This document shows, piece after piece, positions 54,077 through 64,000 of a DNA stretch of 64,000 nucleotides; the first letter of the stretch is position 1, and each line of letters opens with the position of its first letter. Both the position numbers and the translations under genes were made by a program. This DNA comes from Octopus vulgaris. Taxonomy: Eukaryota. Under the pieces are notes generated by a model. That model was not told the origin of the DNA. It saw only the letters and a list, made by a program, of their open reading frames with translations, and made no database searches. The stretch spans positions 16,492,001 to 16,556,000 of the forward strand of contig OX597839.1 in NCBI GenBank assembly GCA_951406725.2, given 5' to 3'.

Positions 54077-56628
54077 CTAGCAGTATAGCCCAGTGTTGCC
54101 CAGGATTAAGTTAAAATTATTAAACTAATCAACCGCTTTGTTTCAAACCAAACTAAGTAACACCGATGTCAAACTTGAGTGAAATCCATAGAAATTGGTA
54201 AACGTTTGGCTGAAAATGGGTTGCATATGATTTGATTGGGAAATACCATAAGGAATCAGTTTATTGATTTTTCCACTCATCAATTATTTATTTTTTTTTG
54301 GAGAACTTAAAGTATTCAAAGATCCCATGAGTCCTAAGTAATGCCAGCATCAAGTTTGAACAAAATACATCAAAATTGGTAAAAATTATGGTTGAAAATG
54401 GGGTGTAGCCAACTTTAGTGGGAAATCCTATAGGGAATCAGTTTATCGATTTTTTTTAATCCTGATTAAATGGAAAACCCCAAAAGGAATCAGTTTATTG
54501 ATTTTTCACCCCAAATAGGACTTAACTGAACACAACATTGCTGATTCAAAAAATCTATATTTATACTTTAAAGTTGGTTTTCACATCCAACCAAGTTCTG
54601 CAGAATCAGTGTCGCGACAGGAACGCATGGGTTGGGAGTTTCACCAGCAGAAGTGATCAGGTTGCATATACAAACCCTTGGCTCATGGGTTGGGAGCCCT
54701 TCCAGCAAGGAAAATAGAAAGCCCAAAAGGGCTCCCGATCCTCTGTGTCAGAAGAGGTTATGTTCAGATCACAACTAAGCCTTAACCTAAGCCTAAGCTA
54801 ACCTTGTGAAAGGGGGCTTAGGAGCCTCTAAAAGGCAACAACTAATCCCGATCTAGTCCTAAGTATCAGTCAAGGTTGCATCAAAGATCTGCATTGGAGA
54901 AGGTTCCATTGAAGGTTTGCATTGGATAAGGATGCATCAAAGTTTTGCATTGGAAATCTGGATTGGGAGTAAGTTAGGAAAACTTACCAACAAAAAAATA
55001 AGGGGCTTGGCCCTTCTAGCCTAATTCTATGAGCAACTTGGCCAAGCACTGATATCAGCCGAGTGAGCATTGTTGTCAGCATTGTCCAATAAAGAAGAGG
55101 AAGGGTTCATGAGTCATGTTGCCATGGTTTTAGAATATTTTCAGCCAATGCTTCCAGATCACCTGTTTATAACCACATCAGCTGCAATGATGACTTGTTC
55201 TTCTTTCTACGTCTATAAAACTTTGCTATAGACAACATTGCGTGTTCTGCCCGGAGGAGCATACACAAAAAGAGTGTTTCTACTCCCCACACAGGAGCAG
55301 GCCACATAAAGTTGCCCATGTGAAAAGCATGGCTCCCCCAAATGGATGCCCGCCACCGATGTTTGACCTTGGAATTTGTTGATGGACATGGCAAAGCATA
55401 GCCTCACCAGGAACTGCAATCTGCGGAAGTTAAATAGCATGTCTGACCCCGAGGGATAAAGGTGCATCCTTGAAATGAAAACATTTTCCCCCTCCCACAC
55501 CCCGTAACAATAAAATGGGACGTCAGGGACTTGACTACCAAAGCAGGTCCTGTTGCACTGGTTAGGTGAATAAAGCGTGTACTCTTTATCCCATTTGAAT
55601 TTCATTGAGTGATTGTGTAAAATTTTCTTAACAATAGGATATATTGTAAGTCTGCACACACACACACACACACACTTGGTGTTATTGTTGTTGTGATGCT
55701 TGTACTCTTTAACCCATTTGAGTTGTTTTGAGTGAAAATGTGCTGTTTGAGGTGTTCCACTCATTGGATGGTAGGGTTTTGTTTTGTTTTTTTTTTGAGG
55801 TGGGAATTGAAGCAGTGATTTATTTTTGGTATCATTATACCATCGAAGATTTTATGGCAAGAGATAAGTTTCAGCGAACTTGAATAGCATGTTCAGAACT
55901 CATTTCTAATGTTGAAATACCACATATCAAAAAATGCTTTAAATCACATAGGAAGAAAAACGACTACAACACAAAGTCATCGATTTGCTTCGATCACCGA
56001 GAAAGCAAAAGTACGTACAGAGCATTTCATAAACAAAAATGAATGGAAAGAATGTTGTGGCTGAACAAAGTTTGTTGTGAAGTTTCTAGCGAACAGAAAT
56101 AAAAAAAAAAATTAGAACGCAAATACTCTACATAACCACAACAGACAAGTAAAGAATTTAAATATAAAAGCAAGCAAAAGCTAAGAAACAAAATGTGCTA
56201 GTTGCTAATTACATCATCATTAGGTTTTGTTTTCTAATTGAATAAACCAACATTAATTATCTAACATTCAAAATTTCATTTAAAATGAAATATATAGAAA
56301 AATTAAAACTATATATACGTTTCTTTCAGAGTGGTTCATCTTTGTTTTTCTGTAAAATACTTTTTTGCCATTGCAAGACAGGGGACCTAACTCATGTTAA
56401 CAAACTCAACGGATTTCACCGACGTGAGAATTGGTAAAAGTTACGGTTGAAAATCGATTTTTAATGCTATCCGAGGGTGCCTCAGGGAAAATTAAGTTGA
56501 CAAAAACACAGCCATGATTGTGACCAATGTCTTCATAAAATTGGAGCAACATGCATGCTAATTAGTAGACGTACATAAAATACATTCGTGTACACACACA
56601 CATACATTCTGCCTTTTATAGATAAAGA
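54077..56628 (-). mobile_element. ~2.55 kb internally deleted Helitron
   Basis: Minus strand A|TCTTTATCTATAAAAGGCAG ... CCTGGGCAACACTGGGCTATACTGCTAG|T; carries a helicase relic. Confidence 0.8.
55213..55520 (-). pseudogene. Helitron RepHel PIF1-type helicase C-terminal relic
   Basis: GENVFISRM..PSGSDMLFNFRRLQFLVRLCFAMSINKFQGQT..GIHLGEPCFSHGQLYVACSCV..TRNVVYSKVL* (helicase motifs V/VI, degenerate). Confidence 0.9.
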
Positions 56629-56630
56629 TA

Positions 56631-57479
56631 CAAGTGGCCTGAGCAATAAGTATCTGGACTGTTGCCATAGTAACAAAGCTAAAGCATGTAGAATAAAGCC
56701 ACTTGGTACAGATTGACCTCAAACTCTACTGTGCATACGCACTAAGTTTAACATTCTAGATCACTTCTGTTGTTTACAGCAGTGTTTCGAAGGAACATGT
56801 GTAGCATGTGATTGTCACATTATGACACAGAAAGTTGAGCAGAGAATCTGCATCAAATTTTGCCAAAAGCTTAGCGATACCTGCTCAGAAGCCTATGCAA
56901 AGTTTTCATCATTCTTGATACACTGAAGGACTTGTACAATTGAAACCTGAGTATCTTTTTGATCAGCTAAAAGCACAAACTTGGCAGACATGTCTCATAC
57001 CCAAATCGTTAGTGATAATGGACTGAACTGGACCGTAACTATTCTGCACATCCTCTGATAACTCACGGATGGGTGATTTAACATTTTCCCTTCACAGCTA
57101 CACGCACATCTGCGAATGTTTTTCTCAGTTCTGCTGGTTGTAGGTCTCCCTGAATGTTCGTCAATATTGACATTTTTCGGCCATCTTGGAAACGTCTGAA
57201 CCACTTGTACACTTGTGCGTGGCTCATACACTTTCTGCAATTTTGCGTGTGCCTCTCAGCAGGTACCGACATGACAACTTTCTGTCAGGGTCAATGCGAC
57301 GATCACACGCTACACACCTTCCTTCAAAGCACTGCTGCAAACACAGAAGTGAGCAGGAACGTTAAAAAATAGTGCTCGTGGACAGCAGAGTTTAAGGTCA
57401 ATCATTGCCAAGCTGTTTCATTCTGTATACTTTCGTTTCGTAACTGACAACAGTCCGGATACTTATTGATCAGACCTTA
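56631..57479. mobile_element. Rearranged mariner derivative made of two inverted 5' halves
   Basis: TA-flanked ends share ~200 bp of inverted similarity (CAATAAGTATC.GGACTGTTG...). + strand reads MTQKVEQRICIKFCQKL; - strand reads QVYKWFRRFQDGR..DEHSGRPTTSRT. Confidence 0.8.
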
Positions 57480-58418
57480 TATGTGTGTGTGTGTGTGTGT
57501 GTGTGACAGATGAGAGAAAGAGAATGTAAATGGAATTCACGAAATTCTTTATTAATCACTACGATCGTTTTCACCCATCGAGCAGCAGTCCCTCGCGTGT
57601 GAGATACTGTGCAATTAGTCGTGGTGCATCATTCGATGCAAATGTACCATTTGCAACTAATTCTTTAAAAATCCGTTTCGGTTATTTTGATTAGAATACA
57701 TTTTGGTAGTTGTCTGTAGCTACTCGCATACACGAGAAAACTTGAGTTAAAATGATGAACAAATTGATTTACAAAGAAATAAAAGGCAAATGAAATAAGT
57801 TTTAAGTAAATAAGAAAATCACGTTAAGTAAAATCAAAAAACAGTCATGAATAAAACGTAAAACAAAAGAATAAACCACTAACCTCAAAATCCGCCAACA
57901 TGGATCACAACCTTAAAACAAGACGATAAAAGACGAGAAAGGGCGAGAAAGAAAATGGACGAAAAAGATGGAAGATTGAAAAGAGCGGAAAAGACCGTTG
58001 AAAAGTTCAGATCTGGAATTTAGCAGCACAGTGGAGTCCTTAGATCTAAAAACAACTATCTTTCGGCCTTATGACTTTATAGTCAAAGAAAATATAGCTC
58101 TAATTCTTTCCCGTTTTCTTTTTTCATTTTCGTCTTCTGGGGTTTTCAACCGTCCATCTTTTTACATCTACTCCCTTCTCGCCTTTTCTCGAATTTTCTT
58201 TTTATTCTGTCGTCCAGTTTTTGCTTGTTATGCTCTGTGGGCAAAGCCCGAGAATTGCCTGAAGACATTAAACCTATAAAAATGCTGACTTGGTCGTTTT
58301 CATCACATGAAACTATTAGCAAATCATAAAAACATATGCTGTATTTATTTAATAATATTTATCTTTCATCTGTGTGTATCTATATATATAAGAATATTTC
58401 AATGGATGAATGAATTAT

Positions 58419-58464
<46 letters not shown>

Positions 58465-58466
<2 letters not shown>

Positions 58467-58601
58467 GGGTGTCCACAAAATCTGGGTACATGGAGTAAAT
58501 AAAATCATAACATAAAGAATTAAATATAAGAAATAATAATTTATTAAAGTATGGATCCTGAAGTATTAATCCCCATGTACCCAGACTTTGTGGACACCCT
58601 G
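58465..58601. mobile_element. 137-bp Tc1/mariner-type MITE
   Basis: TIR CAGGGTGTCCACAAAATCTGGGTACATGG / CCATGTACCCAGACTTTGTGGACACCCTG, inserted in (TA)n. Confidence 0.85.
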
Positions 58602-58672
58602 CATATATATATATATATATAATCTTCCATCTTTTATTCCCTGAAATAATAATTATTATTTATATATATGTG

Positions 58673-58714
<42 letters not shown>

Positions 58715-58741
58715 GATGCAGTATACTGCATCTATAATATA

Positions 58742-60339
58742 CTGTCAAATTCTCATTTAACGAAAACAACACGAAGGCCAAAAAATCATTTTTATTAAAT
58801 GAATTTAACGAAAATTGAAAAATACAGTAAAGTATAATTTATTGCTTGTTATAATACAACGCACTCATTTCTTTTATTTAAACTATAGTTAGGGTTTTAA
58901 ATGGAAAATGATAAAAAATTATTATTTTTTTCTATCTTGACTGACTTCCTTTTTTTCATTTCGAATAAAATTCTCCCCAAGATAGCAACCTCTTTTCACT
59001 TTTTTTCCATTTTCCTGTAAGAAAATTTTTTCTAACTGTTCAAGATGATAAACTGCATCGGAGAAACCGATTTTTTCCCTTTCCTTTGTTTGATTTTCCG
59101 ATTCATCAAAAATTTCTTGCTCGCCATTGATAACAAGTTTCTCTATGAAAATTTCATCTTGTAGATTATTGTCAGCATTGACAGGTAGATTTAAACTATC
59201 ACAGAATGCTGTTTCTTCATCAATTTCGATTGAATTTTCCCTAACATCCATGTTTCTGGCCGGCAATTCAGTACTTTTATTTGTTCCTTCCCAATTTTTG
59301 AAGACATGATTCAAACAATTTTTTATTGTATCGACTGGAACAAAACTCCATGCCTCAATTATAAGGAGAAGGCCATTATTGAATAACTTGAATTTCTTAT
59401 CTGGTCAATGAAATTAATATCTTCCTCGTTTATCATACTTAAATTCCCTAAGAAAATCTTTCTGTAAGAGAATGGATAATACCTTGATCAATAGGCTGTA
59501 TTTTTGATGTACAATTCGCCAGCAAATAATGTAGTTTTATATTGCTCAAATTGATATCGATGTAATGGACGGCGGCATTGTCGAACAAAAGAAGTATTTT
59601 CCTATTATCTGTAACCATTTTTTCATTAAGCCTTTTCAACCAATCATCCAAGATTTTCCACTGCAAGTATATTCTAGTCCAAAAGCTTCCATGTTAATAT
59701 TTATAAAACCCTGCGGAGATTTGAATTTACCGATTATAAGAGGCATTATTTTCCCACCATACACACAGAAAACTATTGTAATGCGATCTTTTGAAAATAT
59801 TCCCGAGGTTCGTTCTTCTCTGTTGAGAACCAATGTATTTTTGGGAGGACATTTATACAAAAGCCTTGTTTCATCGTAATTAAAAATATCTTGTGGGGAG
59901 CATTTTGGAGATTTAAAAAAAAAATAAGAGAATGAGTTCTTTATTACAAAGGGATTTATTTCTTCTCCGGAAATTGTCTTTGATTTTATGCCGAAATTTT
60001 CTTTAAACCGTGTCTTCCACGTTTGTGAAGCTTGAATTCTGAATCCACTCATGAAGTGGATCGCAGATAGCTTTTGTAACAATCGGATTTACTAAATTAT
60101 TCTTTCCTTGGTGATCTCTTTTTTTTTTTTTTTGCTCGTATTTGGATTCGTTCTTTAGAATACTCTTCATAACTCCTATTGGCATTTTGAATTTCTTCTT
60201 CAGTTACTCTTGTATCGCCAACGGGTTCTATTTCTTGTGATTCAACACTTCCAATTTTTGTGAAATTGTGTTTTCCTTGTGCTCTTTTTGTTGTTTTCTT
60301 TGGCTCACATAGCTTTAGTTTATACAAAATTATATTCAA
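58742..60339 (-). mobile_element. Decayed Tigger/pogo (CENP-B-like DDE_1) transposon
   Basis: Fragments RFKENFGI..ISGE, DIFNYDETRL, SKDRITIVFC, PLIIGKFKSP, KILLLFDNAAVH, NCTSKIQPIDQGII, with frameshifts. TA|CTGTCAAATTCTCATTTAACGAA is a TIR-like left end; right boundary uncertain. Confidence 0.88.
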
Positions 60340-61226
60340 ATTTAGCGAAATTTCTGATTTTTTTTTTTCAGTGCAATGCCCCGATTTTATAGATTAAAGG
60401 GCCAGTATTTAAAATTTAATTCGGTTTTAAACATAAAAAAAAAGCAAGATGTCCTCATTCTGTCAAAATATTTATCTTTACAAATACTTTTTTGCTACTT
60501 TCAGGATTACATCCCTAAGATTTTTATTTTTTCGTTTGATATCAGCCGAATTGAATACTGGGTTTTCAAACAGTCGTGACTGGCTGTTTTTTACGCAAAT
60601 TTTGTAAAAATTGATCTTGAATAGTTAAAACATCTTAATCACATTTTTAAAAACAAATTATAGTCTAGCATGCTCGTTCTTTAATGAATGTGTACTTATT
60701 AATTCGAGAGGATATTAAAAACATTTATGGAACAAATACAACTGATGCGCTTGCTTTCGGTTTCACATTGTAGAATATCTATCCTTAAAATCACGGCTTT
60801 CCTTGACAAAAATGCCATATTTTGCGTAAAATATTTACTTTTCCGAATGAACTCCACTTTGACACAGTCTGTAAAACTAAGGATTTCATATGCTATATAC
60901 TATATAGTTCTAAGTTTTGTATATGATAAATAATACATTGTAAAAAAGCACACAAGGCCTTTATGGACACCATCGGAGAAAGTCATAATACATTTCCGTA
61001 AAATAATGTCTTTTTTTTTCTCGGATTAACCTCAACTTTGACACAAACTTTAAAACTAAAGCTTTCATTTTTTGCTGTACACTATATAGTTGTGGTTTTT
61101 GTATGATGTTCAAGTCCATCTCACACAAACTAACCAGTGTACATATTTATGTAAAGGCGTACTGGCATAGTTTCGGTTGTAGTAGCACAGATTTCCGTCG
61201 ATTTCCGTAAAAAACTTTTATTTCGC

Positions 61227-62045
61227 CGTACTGGCATAGTTTCGGTTGTAGTAGCACAGATTTCCGTCGATTTCCGTAAAAAACTTTTATTTTTTTACAT
61301 AAGTAATGAGAGCGAAAGAGACTAAGAGGAAGCGATTTTACGACGAGAAGGTTTCACTTTGAAGTCGGCCTGTGTGTGTTTGATGGGGTGTGGGAGACAG
61401 ACAGTATGTTGTGTAAGTGAAGTGCTTCTGTTAGTGTGTGTGAAGAGACAGACATACATATACACATACACCGAGTAAAAAATTACTATGAATCGGCCAT
61501 ACATACATACATACACACACACATACATAGATACATACACACACACACATACATACATACATACACACACACATACTTACACACACACACACACATAGAT
61601 ACATACACACACACACATACATGCAGACATACATATACACATACACCGAGTAAAAAATTACGATGAATCGGCCATACATACATACATACACACACACATA
61701 CTTACACACACACACATACATAGATACATACACACACACACACACATACATGCATACATACATATACACATACACCGAGTAAAAAATCAGTTATCTCTCT
61801 CTTTCACACATTACTCTCTCTGTCTCTTCACACACACTAACAGAAGCACTTCACTTACACAACATACTGTCTGTCTCCCACACCCCATCAAACACACACA
61901 GGCCGACTTCAAAGTGAAACCTTCTCGTCGTAAAATCGCTTCCTCTTAGTCTCTTTCGCTCTCATTACTTATGTAAAAAAATAAAAGTTTTTTACGGAAA
62001 TCGACGGAAATCTGATCTACGACATGCGAAACTTCGCCGGAGTAC
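61227..62045. mobile_element. Fold-back element with 196-bp perfect inverted repeats and internal tandem repeats
   Basis: 61257-61452 is the reverse complement of 61819-62014; three internal CATACACCGAGTAAAAAAT units. Confidence 0.85.
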
Positions 62046-62401
62046 TAGATGCACAAAGTAAACAACAATACAAATAACTACGCAGAGACAGCCATGGTTG
62101 AAACAAGAACAAGAACAACAAGCGTTATTAAAAGAGAAAAGAAGTGTGGTCATTCCTTACCCAAGTGACTTTATCTTATCGCCCATCACTAGTTATGCGC
62201 TCATGTGTGTGACACGATGAAATCACCAGGAGCACCATACTGAGGAATTGTAGTCAAACAAATCGCCCCTAGTCCTTGTTTTTTGAAGTCTCATACTAAA
62301 GAAGGACACTCTATACGTTAGAGCAGTAATGTATTTACAAGAAGCTAATTATATGGCCTGTCATAGAATGACCAGTGGTTTCGCACGTAATAAGCTTCCT
62401 G

Positions 62402-62658
62402 TGTGGAGGCACATGGCCTAGTGGTTACAGCAGCGGACTCGCGGTCGAGGGATCGCGAGTTCGAATCTCAGATCGGGCGATGTGTGTGTGTTTATGAGCG
62501 AAACACCTAAGCTCCACGCGGCTCCGGCAGAAGGTAATGGCGAACTTCTGCTGATTCTTTCGCCACAACTTTCTCTCTCCCGTCCAGGTGGGGAACCTAT
62601 ACGCCAAAGAAACCGGGAAACCGGCTCTTATGAGCCAGACACGGCTCGAGAAGGAACA
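62402..62658 (+). mobile_element. SINE family B
   Basis: GTGGAGGCACATGGCCTAGTGG..GCGGACTCGCGGTC..GAGTTCGAATCTC; flanked by TAATAAGCTTCCTG direct repeats (TSD). Confidence 0.9.
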
Positions 62659-62876
62659 TAATAAGCTTCCTGCAGTAGTAAGGTCACCAAGGTCTTGTCT
62701 TGCTGGTGCCACATAAAAAGCATCCAGTACATTTTGTAAAACACACATCTATATATATAGAGAGAGTGTCCATGAATTCCATTCGTAATTTGAAAGATTC
62801 AGAAAAAAAAAACATAATCACTCTGCAGGTTGCATGCAGTCAATGGAAATGTTTTGATGTTTCTAATAAAATTTTA

Positions 62877-63288
62877 GGATCTTTTCGGTTTGAACGGCAG
62901 TTTTTTCTAGCGGTGTCATATGAAATTGTCACCCATAATTATGACCCTAGTATCGATCTATTGCATTTCAATCTGGGTTAGGGTTAGGGGTGGGGGAAGG
63001 GTATCTTTTTTTCTTCACAAATGTAAATAAATCCAATCTGGTTCTTAAACGAGGGACATATTCATACGGCGCAGAATTTTTTTACCTCAATGGACGTCAT
63101 TGATTGGTTGAAATTGCAGAAACTGAAGAAAAAAAAGCAATAAATATCTTACAAACTATAGAATTTTTCTCAATAAAGCCACGAGAAAAAGATGTTTTAC
63201 AAACACATTCTACCAGTATATCAAGTCTAAAAGTGTTTAGTTACGTGGAAATAATTTTTAAAAACTGTCGTTCAAACCGAAAAGATCC
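62877..63288. mobile_element. Unclassified MITE with ~29-bp TIRs and 6-bp TSD
   Basis: ATTTTA|GGATCTTTTCGGTTTGAACGGCAGTTTTT ... AAAAACTGTCGTTCAAACCGAAAAGATCC|ATTTTA. Confidence 0.88.
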
Positions 63289-63364
63289 ATTTTATTTCTT
63301 TGCAACAGACTCTACTGAGTTATCCTTTTTTTTTTTCTATGAATTTTCCTAATTGTAAAGGTAA

Positions 63365-63575
63365 CTTATGGTTTCAAATTTTGGCACAAGGCCAGCAATT
63401 TCGAGGGCGGGGATAAGTTGATCCTAGTGCTCAACTGCTAACTAATTCATCGACCGTGAAAGGATGGAAAGTAAGGTCACTCTCACGAGAATTCGAACTC
63501 AGAACGTAAAGACGGATGAGATGTCATTAAAAATTTTGCCAGGCGTGCTAACGATTCTGCCAGCTCACTACCTTA
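63365..63575 (-). mobile_element. SINE family D
   Basis: AATTCGAACTCAGAACGTAAAGAC...GCTAACGATTCTGCCAGCTCAC. Confidence 0.75.
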
Positions 63576-63585
63576 AACTGTAAAA

Positions 63586-63970
63586 GGCGTAGGAGTGGCT
63601 GTGTGGTAAGTAGCTAGCTTACCAACCACATGGTTCCGGGTTCAGTCCCACTGCCTGGTACCTTCGGCAAGTGTCTTCTACTATAGCCTCGGGCCGACCA
63701 AAGCCATGTGAGTGGATTTGGTAGAGAAACTGAAAGAAGCCCGTCGTATATATGTATATATATATGTGTGTGTGTTAGTCCCCGCTAATATCGCTTGACG
63801 ACCGATGCTGGTGTGTTTACGTCCCCGTAACTTAGCGGTTCGGCAAAAGAAACCGACAGAATAAGTACTAGGCTTACGAAGAATAAGTCCTGGGGTCGAT
63901 TTGCTCGACAAAAGCGGTGCTCCAGTATGGCCACAGTCACATGACTGAAACAAGCAAACGAGTAAAAGAG
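63586..63970 (+). mobile_element. SINE family A, full length
   Basis: GGCGTAGGAGTGGCTGTGTGGTAAGTAGC..GGTTCAGTCCC...GACTGAAACAAG. Confidence 0.9.
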
Positions 63971-64000
63971 AATATCCGGTTTTATACAAGTTTGCCCAAC

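Noticed and set aside
62402-62480. tRNA-like sequences with A and B boxes (also at 17803, 37660, 53199, 63586)
   Set aside because: They are heads of multi-copy SINEs continuing into shared bodies, with no complete cloverleaf.

Overview
AT-rich, repeat-dense eukaryotic genomic DNA. The tRNA-derived SINE families and (TA)n/(CA)n load look like octopus/coleoid cephalopod; that assignment is an inference from repeat families. The only host gene I can support is a + strand spliced SLC2A/GLUT facilitative sugar transporter. It has ten phase-consistent GT-AG coding exons from 10313 to 27877 (1398 nt = 465 aa + stop). The first ~35-40 aa are not found and probably lie upstream of the window. One 76-nt exon is present twice within a ~1.08 kb tandem duplication. 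Everything else is mobile or repetitive DNA: at least four SINE families, decayed mariner and Tigger/pogo transposases, several Helitrons (one with a RepHel helicase relic), hAT/Tc1/unclassified MITEs, an RTE LINE 3' end, minisatellites and long fold-back elements. There are also several hammerhead-ribozyme-like motifs of the Penelope-associated type. A 678-nt poly-T run is probably an assembly artefact. Nearly all supplied ORFs are microsatellite or repeat noise. I found no convincing wholly new system. The best leads are the ribozyme motifs, the class II-like signature of the GLUT, the duplicated exon, mosaic Helitrons and the long inverted repeats.
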